This document shows positions 19,414 through 30,402 of a stretch of DNA of 64,000 nt, piece by piece. The first letter of the stretch is position 1; each line of letters starts with the position of its first letter. The notes under the pieces are model-generated. The model was given only the letters and a program-made list of their open reading frames with translations, had not been told where the DNA came from and did no database searches. Source of the DNA: an uncultured Clostridia bacterium (GTDB lineage Bacteria; Bacillota; Clostridia; TANB77; CAG-508); NCBI GenBank assembly GCA_934122035.1, contig CAKOVP010000001.1:60-64059 (forward strand). Reading direction: 5' to 3'. The position numbers and the translations under genes are program-made.

Positions 19414-20775
19414 CTAGTATGTTATTTTAAATTTAGACATTTGATCTAACGGAATTGTTATAACTGGTCTAAATGTAATCTTTTTCTCATTTTCACCACC
19501 TAAATCTGTTGCTAGAACACAATCTAAATCTCCAATTCCACCATTTTTTATTACGTAAACTCCCCACATTGCCCATGCTGGGTCACAATATATTTGATAA
19601 GTAGCAACTTGATATGCAGCTGTTGTTCCAAATAATACATTATAAACATTTTCATCAGTATAATAATTTTTTGCAAAACTCATATTATATGTTAATAATG
19701 TTCCTTTAAACCCATGGTTTCTATTATAGGATGCAGTTGTTGGAGAGCTTTTGTGTTGTTGACTCCTTGTTGTTCCAGATGTTTGCCATCCAGCGCCTTG
19801 TTCTTCCCAATATAATGCTGGTGTGTAAAAATCACCATATGCAGAGTTGTATTCTAGTGTATATTGTTTTCCATAATTTGAGTCTCCCCATCCACTGGTA
19901 TGCCCTGCTTTTACACTTTTTCCTTCATCATTAAAGTTGGCTTCTATGTCTTCCATATTTAAGCATCTTGCAGTTGCTCCAACTTCTGTATTACTATATA
20001 GCTGAGAACATACATAATTCATATAATATATAGCATTGTTATATCCTTTAAATCCTTTTAAGTAAAAAGAACTGTTTGTTGCAGGTTCTGTTGTTGTAAG
20101 TTGTACTTGATTGTTTTCTTTGTCTATTTTTAATATCTTCCAAGTAACATTTACGTCTTCTGTAATTGTTTGGTCTGATGCATATCCACTATATTGAGCT
20201 TGTACTACACATGTTCTTGGTACTGGGGTGTAGTCAACTTTGTCACCTTGTTCCATTTTAGATATTCTTGTTGTCTTTTCAGCTGTTGAAACATTGCCTG
20301 CTTTATCGGTTATTTTTACTTTCATATTATATTTCACATTATTTTTTACATTTTTAAAAGTATAACTTTTAGCCTGATCATCTGTAGGATCTATTGTATA
20401 GTTTTCTCCTCCATCTGAGCTGTATTGAATTGTATCTATTCCAGACTCTCTCTCTGTAACATTAATACTTAGTTTTATTGCATCTTCTCCAATTATTTCC
20501 GTGTCAAAAGAGTTAATTGTTGGCGCATCTTTATCTTGTCTTATTATTACTTCATCATCTACATTTTCTGTTGCTTCTTTTTGTGCATTAATTATTTCTT
20601 GTGCTTCCTTTTGAGCAAGTTCTGTATTTTTATTTATCTCTTGGGCTGTTGATATAAGTCCATTATCTCCATAAATAGTACTCAAACTTATTCCTGCTAA
20701 TATTAATAATACAATACTTGTTATAGCCAATGCAATTAAAGTTACACCTTTTTCATCTTTATTTCTTATGTGCAT
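19414..20775 (-). CDS. pilin-like N-terminal helix protein with FN3/Ig-like middle domain
   Basis: N-terminus 'KGVTLIALAITSIVLLILAGISLSTIYGDNG' is nearly identical to the paralogs at 15722, 30553 and 32533. It has a Ser/Thr/Tyr-rich extracellular region; no FGE motifs seen. Confidence 0.55.
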   Translation of the reverse strand: MHIRNKDEKGVTLIALAITSIVLLILAGISLSTIYGDNGLISTAQEINKNTELAQKEAQEIINAQKEATENVDDEVIIRQDKDAPTINSFDTEIIGEDAIKLSINVTERESGIDTIQYSSDGGENYTIDPTDDQAKSYTFKNVKNNVKYNMKVKITDKAGNVSTAEKTTRISKMEQGDKVDYTPVPRTCVVQAQYSGYASDQTITEDVNVTWKILKIDKENNQVQLTTTEPATNSSFYLKGFKGYNNAIYYMNYVCSQLYSNTEVGATARCLNMEDIEANFNDEGKSVKAGHTSGWGDSNYGKQYTLEYNSAYGDFYTPALYWEEQGAGWQTSGTTRSQQHKSSPTTASYNRNHGFKGTLLTYNMSFAKNYYTDENVYNVLFGTTAAYQVATYQIYCDPAWAMWGVYVIKNGGIGDLDCVLATDLGGENEKKITFRPVITIPLDQMSKFKITY

Positions 20776-20808
20776 ATTTTTCTCCTTCTGTAAAATTATT
20801 AAGCGAAA

Positions 20809-20835
20809 GAAAATCTGATTTTCTTTCGCCTCAAA
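20809..20835 (-). terminator. hairpin terminator
   Basis: GCGAAAGAAAAT-ctg-ATTTTCTTTCGC perfect 12-bp inverted repeat. Confidence 0.5.
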
Positions 20836-20843
20836 ACTTTTTA

Positions 20844-21179
20844 TTAATCTACAAAATCAAATTCATCTTTGAATTTATCTTTAAATATTTCAAATACTTT
20901 GTTTAATATTTCTTCATCATCTACACTTACATATGATTCTTCTTCAGAGTCATCATCTGTGTCTTCTACTTTTAATATTACTACTTCTCCTGGTTCATCG
21001 CTTTCTTCATCTGCTGGTAATAATACAACATATTCTTCGTTATCTAGTTCTATTAAATCTAAAAATTCAAATTTATTTTCTTTTCCTTCTTCATCATTTA
21101 ATATTACTATGTTATCCTCTAATTCCTCTCCTAAGTTCTCGTTTGGTCTGTTTTCACTCATTTTGTTTTCTCCTTTCAA
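20844..21179 (-). CDS. DUF1292-family acidic protein (YrzB-like)
   Basis: Highly acidic about 105-aa protein downstream of ruvX, matching the conserved ireB-ruvX-DUF1292 order. The true start is probably MSENRP (21161). Confidence 0.65.
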   Translation of the reverse strand: MKGENKMSENRPNENLGEELEDNIVILNDEEGKENKFEFLDLIELDNEEYVVLLPADEESDEPGEVVILKVEDTDDDSEEESYVSVDDEEILNKVFEIFKDKFKDEFDFVD

Positions 21180-21251
21180 ATTTATATTAATTTGTATTGC
21201 TACAATATTAAAATCTTTTTATTTATTATTCTACATTTTTTGCATTGATAT

Positions 21252-21674
21252 TCATTTATTTTGATGTAATTTCATATAAGACTCTAGTATATATACGGCA
21301 GATATTGTATCCACTATATTACGTTTTTGATGTTTATTTATGTTTAAAAAGTTCATAGTTTTATGTGCTTCAACAGTTGTAAGTCTTTCATCCATTGTTT
21401 CTATTTTTATTTTGTTAAATTTACACTTTAATTTATGAATAAATTTTTCTGTAACTTCAACTCTTTCAGATTTTGTACCATTCATATTTAGAGGCAGTCC
21501 TACAACTATTGTGTCTATTTCATATTGTTCTAATATTTCTTCTAATCTTTTTAAAACTATTTTGTCATTTCCTTGATGATGAATTGTCTCTAACCCTTGT
21601 GCAGTAATTCCTAATGCATCTGTTATGGCTAGTCCAACTCTTGCATCTCCATAGTCTATTGATAGTGTTCTCAT
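21252..21674 (-). CDS. ruvX: Holliday-junction-resolvase-like RNase (YqgF/RuvX)
   Basis: 'LSIDYGDARVGLAITD...' YqgF motif. Confidence 0.85.
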   Translation of the reverse strand: MRTLSIDYGDARVGLAITDALGITAQGLETIHHQGNDKIVLKRLEEILEQYEIDTIVVGLPLNMNGTKSERVEVTEKFIHKLKCKFNKIKIETMDERLTTVEAHKTMNFLNINKHQKRNIVDTISAVYILESYMKLHQNK

Positions 21675-21675
21675 A

Positions 21676-21930
21676 TTATTTTCCCAATCCTATATATGTT
21701 TTTACCATCTCTTCTAATAATTCGTCTCTTTCTACTTGTCTTATTAAATTTCTTGCATTGTTATGACTTGTTATGTATGTTGGGTCTCCAGAAAGTATAT
21801 AACCAACTATTTGATTTATTGGATTATATCCTTTTTCTGTTAATGCTTTGTAAACATCTTTTAATATTTCCTTTGTTTTATCGTTTTTTTCTTTTTCGAC
21901 ATTAAAGCTAACTGTTTCGTCTGTAATCAT
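21676..21930 (-). CDS. ireB: IreB-family regulatory phosphoprotein (UPF0297)
   Basis: '[32 protein letters not shown]' UPF0297 signature. Confidence 0.75.
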   Translation of the reverse strand: MITDETVSFNVEKEKNDKTKEILKDVYKALTEKGYNPINQIVGYILSGDPTYITSHNNARNLIRQVERDELLEEMVKTYIGLGK

Positions 21931-21940
21931 AAAATACCTC

Positions 21941-23029
21941 CTATAAATAATTTATATTACTCTCAGCCGAATTGGCTGTATCTAAGTATTCCTCTAACTT
22001 TTTAGTAACTCCTACTAAGGCTGTTCCTTTGTAGTATTTTGCAAGTGCAATATTAATTACTGGTGAAACTTCTACTTCTTTTCCATTATAATCATCTGCT
22101 GGTGTAATTTTTAATACTTCAATTTGTGCTTTCATCGCTTTCATAAATTCTTCTACAGCTTGTAATTCTACGCCAGAAAATACTATTGCAAATTTAGGTC
22201 CCATATATCTAACAAATAAATATTCTGGTGCCAAATTTTGCTTTATTATATTGCAAATTTGATTTATTGTTTTATCACCTGTTTTTCTGCTTACAGTTTC
22301 GTTTATTGTAACTAAATTTGTAATTTTAAATAAGCAAACTGTTGAAGTATCGTATTTGTCTATTACTTTTTTGCCTTCTGTATATAAATATTCTGCTGTT
22401 TTTAGCTCTGAATATTCATCATCTCTAACTATCTTTTCTACTATTGACTGATTTTCTACTGTTTTTAATACAGATATTATGTTGTTTTTTACAACTTCTA
22501 ATATTGTTGTATCTGTATTGTCGAATTCATGAGGAGTGCTTCCTTCAATAATCCAGTAGCCTATATATACATTATCTATATATAATGGGAAAAACATAGC
22601 AGATTTTGCTCTTCCAAATTCCATTTTTTGATATGGTAATTTTTCATTTTCACTATTTACTGTAATGTATTTTGGTGTCGCAGTTTCAATAGAATCTCTA
22701 AACACTGGCTCTGATTGTAAATTTTTTAAAGTTTCCCAATGTTTTTCCATTACATTAGAGGCTTTTATTTCATAGTCTGCTCCATTATATACTACAATTG
22801 TTGAATATTTTATTTTATATTTCTCTATTAATATGTCGTTTATTCTTTGTAGTTTTTCATCTGCTGAAGATGTTTCACTTACTGTATTCATAAAATCTTG
22901 TAATACATTTAAACTTGTTATTTGTTGATCAATATTTTTAAACGCATCTACTTTTTTATGAATAGACATATTGTATACCATTAGTCCTACTATTATAGCT
23001 ACTAAAAAAAGTATTATTACTATTATCAA
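21941..23029 (-). CDS. membrane-anchored protein with degenerate GGDEF domain
   Basis: N-terminal TM, sensor-like middle region, and a C-terminal diguanylate-cyclase-like fold in which the A-site reads 'RYMGPKF' instead of RxGGDEF. Confidence 0.5.
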   Translation of the reverse strand: MIIVIILFLVAIIVGLMVYNMSIHKKVDAFKNIDQQITSLNVLQDFMNTVSETSSADEKLQRINDILIEKYKIKYSTIVVYNGADYEIKASNVMEKHWETLKNLQSEPVFRDSIETATPKYITVNSENEKLPYQKMEFGRAKSAMFFPLYIDNVYIGYWIIEGSTPHEFDNTDTTILEVVKNNIISVLKTVENQSIVEKIVRDDEYSELKTAEYLYTEGKKVIDKYDTSTVCLFKITNLVTINETVSRKTGDKTINQICNIIKQNLAPEYLFVRYMGPKFAIVFSGVELQAVEEFMKAMKAQIEVLKITPADDYNGKEVEVSPVINIALAKYYKGTALVGVTKKLEEYLDTANSAESNINYL

Positions 23030-23056
23030 AAAGTATCACCCCTTATGCTTGTTATT

Positions 23057-25486
23057 TTAAAAATTTCTTCTCATTTTATTAAGTGTTTCATTCATATTAT
23101 TATTAAATTGTGTACTAGATTGCTTTTTATTTGCTTTACTATAATCATTATAATTCTTTGGAGCACTGCTGTTTGCAATTAGTGGATATACCATATCTCC
23201 TAATTTATTTAATGCTGTTAAGAATGCTTTTGAATATCCTTTTAGTGTAACTTCACAATCAACTAATCTCTCCAAATATTTTGCATATGTTTGATCTTCG
23301 AATGGAATATTTGTATATCTTATTGTGTCTTTGTTAAATAAATTGTTTTGATATGTTGTTGCAGGATCGTTATAACAAGATATTCCTCCAATTACCATTC
23401 TGTCTGTTAGTTTTCTAAGATTTAATGTTTTATTTAATACAATTCTTAGTTTGCTTTCATCTAATACATTTTTGTGTTGTAATTCATTTAGAAATGCTGT
23501 TAAAGGCTGAATTGTAAGTATGTCGTATGTTTGTACTAGATATATTTCTTGTGCATTTACAAAATATTCTACATTTGTATTAAAATCGCAGTCTAATAAT
23601 ATTAAAGAATAATTTTCTGCAAGTGTTGATAATATATTCTCGCAATCATCTAGACTTGGATTATTACCAGGAAGTGTTGTGTACACAGTAAGATTTTTTC
23701 CTGCTGGTATTCCATCTGCAATTCCACTTCTTAGATTATCTATACAATTAAATGCTTTGTTTCTTAAGTTGTCATCATTCATATTGTAAATGTAATATGC
23801 ATTTTTATTTTCTGTAAGGTCTAATATTGCAGTCTTTATTCCTTTTTCTGATAGTAATGTTGCTAGATTGTTAACTAAGAATGATGTTCCGTTTTTTGAT
23901 GTTCCAACAAATGCAACTATCTTTTTATTTCCAACTAATAAATTAGAAAGATTGCTTCTTCTAGCTTCTGTATTATATAAGCTTGTTTGATTATTTTCTA
24001 CTTCATTATTAGTTTCAGAATAATTATTGTATGAATTATACATATTATTCTCATAGTTATTATTTATTGGTTTTAATTCTGGTTCTCTATATACTGGTTC
24101 GGCAACATTTTGTTTTTGCACTGTTTCTTCAAATCCTGGAAGGAAAGTATCATCTGCTTGGTTGCTACTTTCATTATTAGCTAGTCCAAATAAGTCTATT
24201 GGTTCTTCCTCAACTGGTTCCACTTGCTGTACTGGTTGTACTACTTTTTCTTCCTTATTTTTTTGTTGCTTATCATAACTACCTTCTGTTTCTTGAGGTC
24301 TATCAATTGGCTCTTCTTGAAGACCTGGTAAAATCATTTCTTCTGGTTCTACATTTTTCTTTGGTCTTCCTCTACCTCTCTTAGGTTTTTGAACTTCCTC
24401 TTGTACTGGTTCTGCAACCTCTTTTTTAGGACGTCCTCTACCTCTCTTAGGAGCTTCCTCTATTTGAACATTCTCTATGTTATTTAACTTTTCTTCTATT
24501 TCTTTTGAAGCTTCAAATGGTACTAGTTCTTCTACTGTTGGTTCAGCATTCTCTTTTGGTTCTAAAGCTCTTACTGATGGTGCAATTTTTGCCTTTGGTT
24601 CTTCTTTATATACTTTTTCTACATTTTGCAAGTTAACTGAAGAAGGTATTACTACAGGTTTTGTAATTTTTCCTTTTTGTAGTTGCTCATTTATTAGCCC
24701 TATTCTATTATTTTGAACTCCATTAATATCTCTAGTAACAATTCTGTTTTTCTGCTCTTGTGCTTGTTGTTCTTTTGCTTTTCCTTTTACACTTCCAATC
24801 ATTACTTGTTGATATTTAGGTGATTTTTCTTCTAACACAGCTCTAACATTTAATGGTAGTTTTGCAGCAATTATTTTTAATTGAGCTTGATTGTACTGAG
24901 CTGCAATATCATCAAAACTGTATACAAACCTTTCTTCATCATTGCCTAATCTTTTGTAATGTCTTATTATATTATTCATTTCATCCTCTGGCACTGTATC
25001 TGGGTTTACACTTTGATACTCAATATCATCGGATTCGATTCCATAATATACTTTTGCTTCTTTTTTTGTACGTGGCTGAGCGATCAGTCTGCAAACATTT
25101 TCCATACTTCTATCTCTGCCCAATAAAACATTGTATATTCCAATACCAAATAATTTTATTAATATTGAATCTTTTTTCTCTCTTCTATCTGTTGCAATTA
25201 AAATAATAGGTATGTCTCCTTCAGTACTGTTAGATGCTTCATCACTAATTGCATCTAATTTGTCGAAAAGGAAATTATCTATTACTTCGTAGTTATTGTT
25301 TGTGTATGGTTCCAAATCTTCTCCTATAACTATTCTGTCATAAGATTTATCCTTTTGTAATTCTTTAATTATTGCATTGAAATAATAAACATTTTTCCAA
25401 GAGATTATTTCTTTATACATTGATTGATATTTTTTAATAATTGACTCTGAAACATTTTCATTATTTACAGCGAATAAAACTTTCAT
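23057..25486 (-). CDS. TadZ/CpaE-like protein: atypical receiver-like N-domain, AT-hook-containing Pro/Glu/Lys-rich linker, C-terminal deviant-Walker-A ParA/MinD ATPase
   Basis: 809 aa; two 'KRGRGRPKK' AT-hook motifs; 'KKIVAFVGTSKNGTSFLVNNLA' deviant P-loop; N-terminus resembles a CheY-like pseudo-receiver. Confidence 0.5.
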   Translation of the reverse strand: MKVLFAVNNENVSESIIKKYQSMYKEIISWKNVYYFNAIIKELQKDKSYDRIVIGEDLEPYTNNNYEVIDNFLFDKLDAISDEASNSTEGDIPIILIATDRREKKDSILIKLFGIGIYNVLLGRDRSMENVCRLIAQPRTKKEAKVYYGIESDDIEYQSVNPDTVPEDEMNNIIRHYKRLGNDEERFVYSFDDIAAQYNQAQLKIIAAKLPLNVRAVLEEKSPKYQQVMIGSVKGKAKEQQAQEQKNRIVTRDINGVQNNRIGLINEQLQKGKITKPVVIPSSVNLQNVEKVYKEEPKAKIAPSVRALEPKENAEPTVEELVPFEASKEIEEKLNNIENVQIEEAPKRGRGRPKKEVAEPVQEEVQKPKRGRGRPKKNVEPEEMILPGLQEEPIDRPQETEGSYDKQQKNKEEKVVQPVQQVEPVEEEPIDLFGLANNESSNQADDTFLPGFEETVQKQNVAEPVYREPELKPINNNYENNMYNSYNNYSETNNEVENNQTSLYNTEARRSNLSNLLVGNKKIVAFVGTSKNGTSFLVNNLATLLSEKGIKTAILDLTENKNAYYIYNMNDDNLRNKAFNCIDNLRSGIADGIPAGKNLTVYTTLPGNNPSLDDCENILSTLAENYSLILLDCDFNTNVEYFVNAQEIYLVQTYDILTIQPLTAFLNELQHKNVLDESKLRIVLNKTLNLRKLTDRMVIGGISCYNDPATTYQNNLFNKDTIRYTNIPFEDQTYAKYLERLVDCEVTLKGYSKAFLTALNKLGDMVYPLIANSSAPKNYNDYSKANKKQSSTQFNNNMNETLNKMRRNF

Positions 25487-25489
25487 TTG

Positions 25490-25894
25490 TTAACTCCTCC
25501 AACCTTTTACAACTATAGCAAATACTAATGGTAAAACTTGACATATTATTATTATTGTAACGCTTGCTATCATTAAGCCAAAGCCTTTGTCTCTTACGTC
25601 TAGTTTTTTAATTCCTATTATGTATTGATATATTGCAGCAATAACTATTGCCACAAAACCAAATGGAATGCTGTATATTCTAATTCTGTTTAACAAATAT
25701 GCAGTAAGTCCATATGCATCTGATCCATAAGCTTCTTTATAGTCTTCTAGTGTATTTAGTTCTTTTTCTTTTATTTCTATTAGTTTTCCTGTTACTGTAT
25801 TTTGATTTGTAACTGTTGCCGTGTTTTCTGCATATGCAACGCTTGTTCCAACTAAACAAAGCATTATGCAAATTACTGTTATTACCTTTTTCAT
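25490..25894 (-). CDS. hypothetical secreted/membrane protein (signal peptide + 2 TM)
   Basis: 134-aa ORF abutting 23057..25486; signal peptide 'MKKVITVICIMLCLVGTSVAYA'. Confidence 0.4.
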   Translation of the reverse strand: MKKVITVICIMLCLVGTSVAYAENTATVTNQNTVTGKLIEIKEKELNTLEDYKEAYGSDAYGLTAYLLNRIRIYSIPFGFVAIVIAAIYQYIIGIKKLDVRDKGFGLMIASVTIIIICQVLPLVFAIVVKGWRS

Positions 25895-26019
25895 ACAAAC
25901 TCCTCTCTATTTGCTTTTTGCCATAATCTTCCTATAATATTTTACATATAACATTTTACACTAGAATATTAAAAATAGCAAGAAAAATACTTACTATTTT
26001 TTTATATTTTTGCAAATAA

Positions 26020-26388
26020 TTATTTGCTTCTTTGAACTATTTCTACTATGTCTGCAATATATTTACTTATTCCTGGAATATTAAGTTTTATCAATTTTTG
26101 TAAAAAGTATATAATTACTGCTGTAATTATTGAAAATCCAATTCCTATTCCCGCTCCTTTTACAATTCCAGAAGAAAAACTTCTAGCTAAATACTTTTTT
26201 GTGTTGCCTGTTAATTCTATTAAATCTAGCACGTTATTTTTATTTAAATTGTAATTTATTTTTATAAGTTGAAGAAGTAGCTTTCTTTCTATTTTTTGTT
26301 TTATTTTATGTTTTTTTACTGTGTAGTTTTTTCTATGTGCCCTTATTTTATCTAATATTTTTCTTTTATATACTTTTCTCTTTTTCAT
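26020..26388 (-). CDS. hypothetical basic protein with C-terminal TM
   Basis: 122 aa; Lys/Arg-rich N-terminus, then a 'GAGIGIGFSIITAVIIYFL' TM segment. Confidence 0.4.
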   Translation of the reverse strand: MKKRKVYKRKILDKIRAHRKNYTVKKHKIKQKIERKLLLQLIKINYNLNKNNVLDLIELTGNTKKYLARSFSSGIVKGAGIGIGFSIITAVIIYFLQKLIKLNIPGISKYIADIVEIVQRSK

Positions 26389-26433
26389 AAAAAATAATCC
26401 ACCTTATATTTAGGATGGATTATTTTTATTTTT

Positions 26434-29394
26434 TTATTCTACAATATTAGAATTTTCTATAGTCTCATTATTTAAATTTTCGTTTATTGTGTTTTTATTT
26501 TCTTGCTCTTTTTTGTCTATTTCTTTTTTTAGTGCTTCTAGTCTATTTACTAATTCTTGTAGTTTTTTAGTGTCTTTTCCTATTTGTTCCCAATCATTGC
26601 TTTGTGTAGATGTTTTTAAGTTGTTATTTGCTTTTATTATTAAATTTACAAGTGTTTCTATGCTATCTGTATCTTGAACTTCTATATCTACGGCATTTTG
26701 AGAAACTAAGTTTGTTAATGCTTCTGCATAAGTATTTCCTATGGCAACTTTTGTTCCTGATGCAACAACTACTTTTTTAAGTACTGGTAATGAATCTGTT
26801 TCATTTACATATTGTTGATATATTGGCTCTATATATAGAAGTATGTTGTTTATTGGAACTATTATTATTTCTTTTGTAATTTTTGTTCCAGTAACATTTA
26901 TACTTTCTATCTCTTTTGAAATTGTTTCATCTTGACCTATTTGTGTATCTAATTGCATTGGTCCTAGTATGTTGCTATCTGTTGTATAATTGTATAATTT
27001 TAATACATTATTTCCATTTTCATCGCAAGAACCTACTAAATATGCTTTTAAATTTTGTTTGTCATATGGAGTGTAAGGAAGTACTAGTCCAAGTCTAGAT
27101 GTACTGCTATCTACAGTTTTTACCATTGTATAATATGGTTCTATGTCTTTTCCTTTTGTTGCAGTCATTTTACTGCTTGCATTGTGTTTTGCAACTTCCC
27201 ATACATCATCACTTCTATAAAGTACGTCTGGTTGTACGTTGTGATATCTTTCTAATATTTCTGCTTGAATTTTATATAAATATTCTGGATACACAAAATG
27301 ATTGCTTATATCTTCTGGAATTTCTTCTTCTGAGAATAAGTCTGGATATATGTTTTTGTATACCATTGCTATAGGGTCTGTTTTATCTGTAATATAGAAT
27401 GTTACTTCTCCTGAATATGCATTTATTATTACTTTTACAGAGTTTCTAATATAGTTAATTTCTTTTTTAGTTATTCCATTATTTTCTAGCATTGTTCTTT
27501 GCGAATATGGATAATTGTTTGTTGTTGTATAAGCATCTAATACCCATACAAGTTCTCCATTATTTGTTATTACCATATATGGATCTTCGTCGTAAGTTAA
27601 ATATGGCATAACTGTTTTTGCTCTTTGAATTACATTTCTGTTTGTTAAAATTTTGCTGTCACTTTTTACATTTCCAGATAATACTAGTTTTGCGTCTTTT
27701 TCTTTTATTGCAAGTACTATTCTATCTAAGAAATTTGCTGTTAGTCCTGCTTTTCCGTCATACACATTTTCTGCATTGCTTACTGCATCTTCTGTTGGAT
27801 AGTCGTATTCTTTTTTGCTGTTACTGTTTGTTACAACTGTGTCGTTTGTTTGTAATCCAAAGTATATTCTTGGTTCTTGTATATCTATTACTTCGTCTGT
27901 TTGTTCAAAAGATTTTTGAAGATGATTTATGTTTCCAGATGAAGTTACTGTACTTGCAGATGTTATTATTGCACCAAATCCGTGTGTGTATTCATATGTT
28001 TTGTTGTTATATGTTCCTTTAGAACTTGCTATTTCTCTTGGTGTTACATATACTAAACGTTGTTTTTCTTCTATAGAGTATACTCCTAATTGTGTGTTTT
28101 TGAATGTATAGTAACCTTTGCTTGTTTGAAGTCCTGTTAAGTCTTTTAATACAGTTTCTTTACTAACAATTGGTACATTGTTTATTGTATCTGAATTTTC
28201 TGTAATAGCACTTTGCGAAATTGTTCCACCGTCTGTAACTGTTGTTTCTTCTATATCAATGTCATAAGCTTTTTTTGTATTGCTTATGTTTTCTGCAATA
28301 AAGGTTCTTTCTTTATCAAGTTCATTTGAGTTTACAAATGTTAAGTTGAATCCAACCATTACTAGCATTAAACATACTAAATATGTTGGCACTATTAAAA
28401 TAAATTGAATTACTTTTTTAGTATTTCCTTTTCTGAACTGTTTTATTGCTTTAAATACAGAAAATACAATTATAAAGGCAAGAGCTACATAGCCCCATAA
28501 TCTTATTGTTGTTTCTGTAAGACCTGCACCAAATAATGAATAGTTTTCCGATTCATCATTATTTAGTATTAAGAATTTTTGTACTCCAACATTTTGAGTT
28601 TCTAATAGTACTAATGAAGCAAGTATGATTGTTAGTATTTTTATATTAGTTAAAGCCTGCTCTAATATAGGGCTCTTTTTAAAAGATTCCCTGCTTATTC
28701 CATCAAAATATATGTTAAATACAATTAAGTAATATATTACAGCATATATTGTTGATATAACTACTGATACTAAAGCATATAGAAGTACTAATTCCAAGAA
28801 TGGCCATATAAATACAAAATATCCTATGTCTAGCCCAAGAACTGGGTCTGTAGCAACAAATTGAGTGCTATTAAAGCAAGGAAGTGCCTTTTCCAAAATC
28901 ATTCCAGATGTTGTAATTGTTACTAGTATTGCTACTATGAAGGATATTGATTTTTGTGGTAATTTGGGCATTTGCTTTTTTTCGTCATCGAAAAATGTTT
29001 TTAATCCTTTTTTTACTCTTGATGTAGTAATATACATTATGCTAAATGATAGTACAAAATTGATTATTGCTGTTATAGAAATGTTTTGCAAATTCTGCCA
29101 AAATATTGAAATGTAGTTTTCTCCAATTTCTTTAATTTCTAGATATTCGCCTCTTTCTACTACATAAGCAATTATTAAAGCGATTGCAAATACAGCAAGA
29201 ACAATTCTTCTTCTTGTTTTGCTTTTCTTTATTTTTTCCTCATTTGCAACTAAATTCACATTTTCTATATTTTCATCTTTTGAATTTTCTCCATTTTTAT
29301 TTTCTTTAATTTCTTGATTTTCTTCTGGTTTGTTAGATTCTACTTCATTTGTTGTTTGTTTTATTTCTTCATTATTTTGTTTTTTTTCTTTCAA
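26434..29394 (-). CDS. UPF0182-family large membrane protein (COG1615)
   Basis: 986 aa; N-terminal polytopic membrane region plus a large extracytoplasmic domain, typical of clostridial UPF0182 proteins. Confidence 0.65.
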   Translation of the reverse strand: MKEKKQNNEEIKQTTNEVESNKPEENQEIKENKNGENSKDENIENVNLVANEEKIKKSKTRRRIVLAVFAIALIIAYVVERGEYLEIKEIGENYISIFWQNLQNISITAIINFVLSFSIMYITTSRVKKGLKTFFDDEKKQMPKLPQKSISFIVAILVTITTSGMILEKALPCFNSTQFVATDPVLGLDIGYFVFIWPFLELVLLYALVSVVISTIYAVIYYLIVFNIYFDGISRESFKKSPILEQALTNIKILTIILASLVLLETQNVGVQKFLILNNDESENYSLFGAGLTETTIRLWGYVALAFIIVFSVFKAIKQFRKGNTKKVIQFILIVPTYLVCLMLVMVGFNLTFVNSNELDKERTFIAENISNTKKAYDIDIEETTVTDGGTISQSAITENSDTINNVPIVSKETVLKDLTGLQTSKGYYTFKNTQLGVYSIEEKQRLVYVTPREIASSKGTYNNKTYEYTHGFGAIITSASTVTSSGNINHLQKSFEQTDEVIDIQEPRIYFGLQTNDTVVTNSNSKKEYDYPTEDAVSNAENVYDGKAGLTANFLDRIVLAIKEKDAKLVLSGNVKSDSKILTNRNVIQRAKTVMPYLTYDEDPYMVITNNGELVWVLDAYTTTNNYPYSQRTMLENNGITKKEINYIRNSVKVIINAYSGEVTFYITDKTDPIAMVYKNIYPDLFSEEEIPEDISNHFVYPEYLYKIQAEILERYHNVQPDVLYRSDDVWEVAKHNASSKMTATKGKDIEPYYTMVKTVDSSTSRLGLVLPYTPYDKQNLKAYLVGSCDENGNNVLKLYNYTTDSNILGPMQLDTQIGQDETISKEIESINVTGTKITKEIIIVPINNILLYIEPIYQQYVNETDSLPVLKKVVVASGTKVAIGNTYAEALTNLVSQNAVDIEVQDTDSIETLVNLIIKANNNLKTSTQSNDWEQIGKDTKKLQELVNRLEALKKEIDKKEQENKNTINENLNNETIENSNIVE

Positions 29395-29410
29395 ACTAAT
29401 TCCTCCAATC

Positions 29411-30316
29411 TTAAATTAAAGCTTTTACAAAGTCCTCACTATTAAATATTTCCATATCGTCTATTTGTTCACCTACACCAATAAATTTTACTGGTACTTT
29501 ATTTTCGTTTACAATTCCTATAACGCTACCACCTTTTGCTGTTCCATCTAGTTTTGTAAGTATTATGCCTGTAATATCTACTGTCTCTTTAAATGCTTGT
29601 ACTTGAGATATTGCATTTTGACCTGTTGTAGCATCTAAAACCATTAACACTTCTTCTGATGCATCTGGTAATTCTTTATCTATTACTCTTTTTATTTTTA
29701 CAAGCTCATCCATTAAATATTTTTTATTATGAAGTCTTCCTGCAGTATCACAAATTAGAACATCTGCATTTTGTTCTTTTGTGATTTTTATTGCATCATA
29801 TACAACAGATGCAGGGTCTATTCCCTCTGCTCTTTTTACTATTTGGCATCCGCTTCTATTTGCCCAAATTTCTAGTTGTTCTACAGCTGCTGCTCTAAAA
29901 GTATCGGCTGCTGCAACAACAACTTTTTTTCCATCTTTTTTTAGTCTATTAGCAATTTTTCCAATTGATGTTGTTTTTCCAACTCCATTTACTCCAACTA
30001 CTAATATTACAGCTGGTTTTGTTTGTAATTTTAGGCTAGAATCTGTTTCATCAAAAATCTCTTTAATTTCTTTTCTTAAAGCTTCCTTAACTTGCTCTGC
30101 ATCTTGGATATTTTCTTTTTTTATTCTTTGTCTTAGTTTCTCTATAATATCTGCTGATGTATTTGCTCCAACATCAGACATTATTAGTGCTTCTTCTAGT
30201 TCTTCTAATAAATCTTCATCTACTTTTCTAAAATTACTAAATATATTGTTCATTTTTTCATCAAATGATGTTTTTGTTTTGTTTAAGCCATTTTTTAATT
30301 TATCAAAAAATCCCAT
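29411..30316 (-). CDS. ftsY: signal recognition particle receptor FtsY
   Basis: 301 aa; SRP54-type NG domain 'VGVNGVGKTTSIGKIA...DTAGR...TKLDGTAKGG'. Confidence 0.9.
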   Translation of the reverse strand: MGFFDKLKNGLNKTKTSFDEKMNNIFSNFRKVDEDLLEELEEALIMSDVGANTSADIIEKLRQRIKKENIQDAEQVKEALRKEIKEIFDETDSSLKLQTKPAVILVVGVNGVGKTTSIGKIANRLKKDGKKVVVAAADTFRAAAVEQLEIWANRSGCQIVKRAEGIDPASVVYDAIKITKEQNADVLICDTAGRLHNKKYLMDELVKIKRVIDKELPDASEEVLMVLDATTGQNAISQVQAFKETVDITGIILTKLDGTAKGGSVIGIVNENKVPVKFIGVGEQIDDMEIFNSEDFVKALI

Positions 30317-30370
30317 TATTCTTTTCCTTTCGTATGTTAATTATAGTTAACCTTTTCTATTTTACCATAA

Positions 30371-30402
30371 AATGCAAAAAAATACTAGAGGAAAATAAAT
30401 AA
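30371..30402. terminator. perfect hairpin between ftsY and the pilin-like gene
   Basis: ATACTAGAGGA-aaataaataa-TCCTCTAGTAT. Confidence 0.4.
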
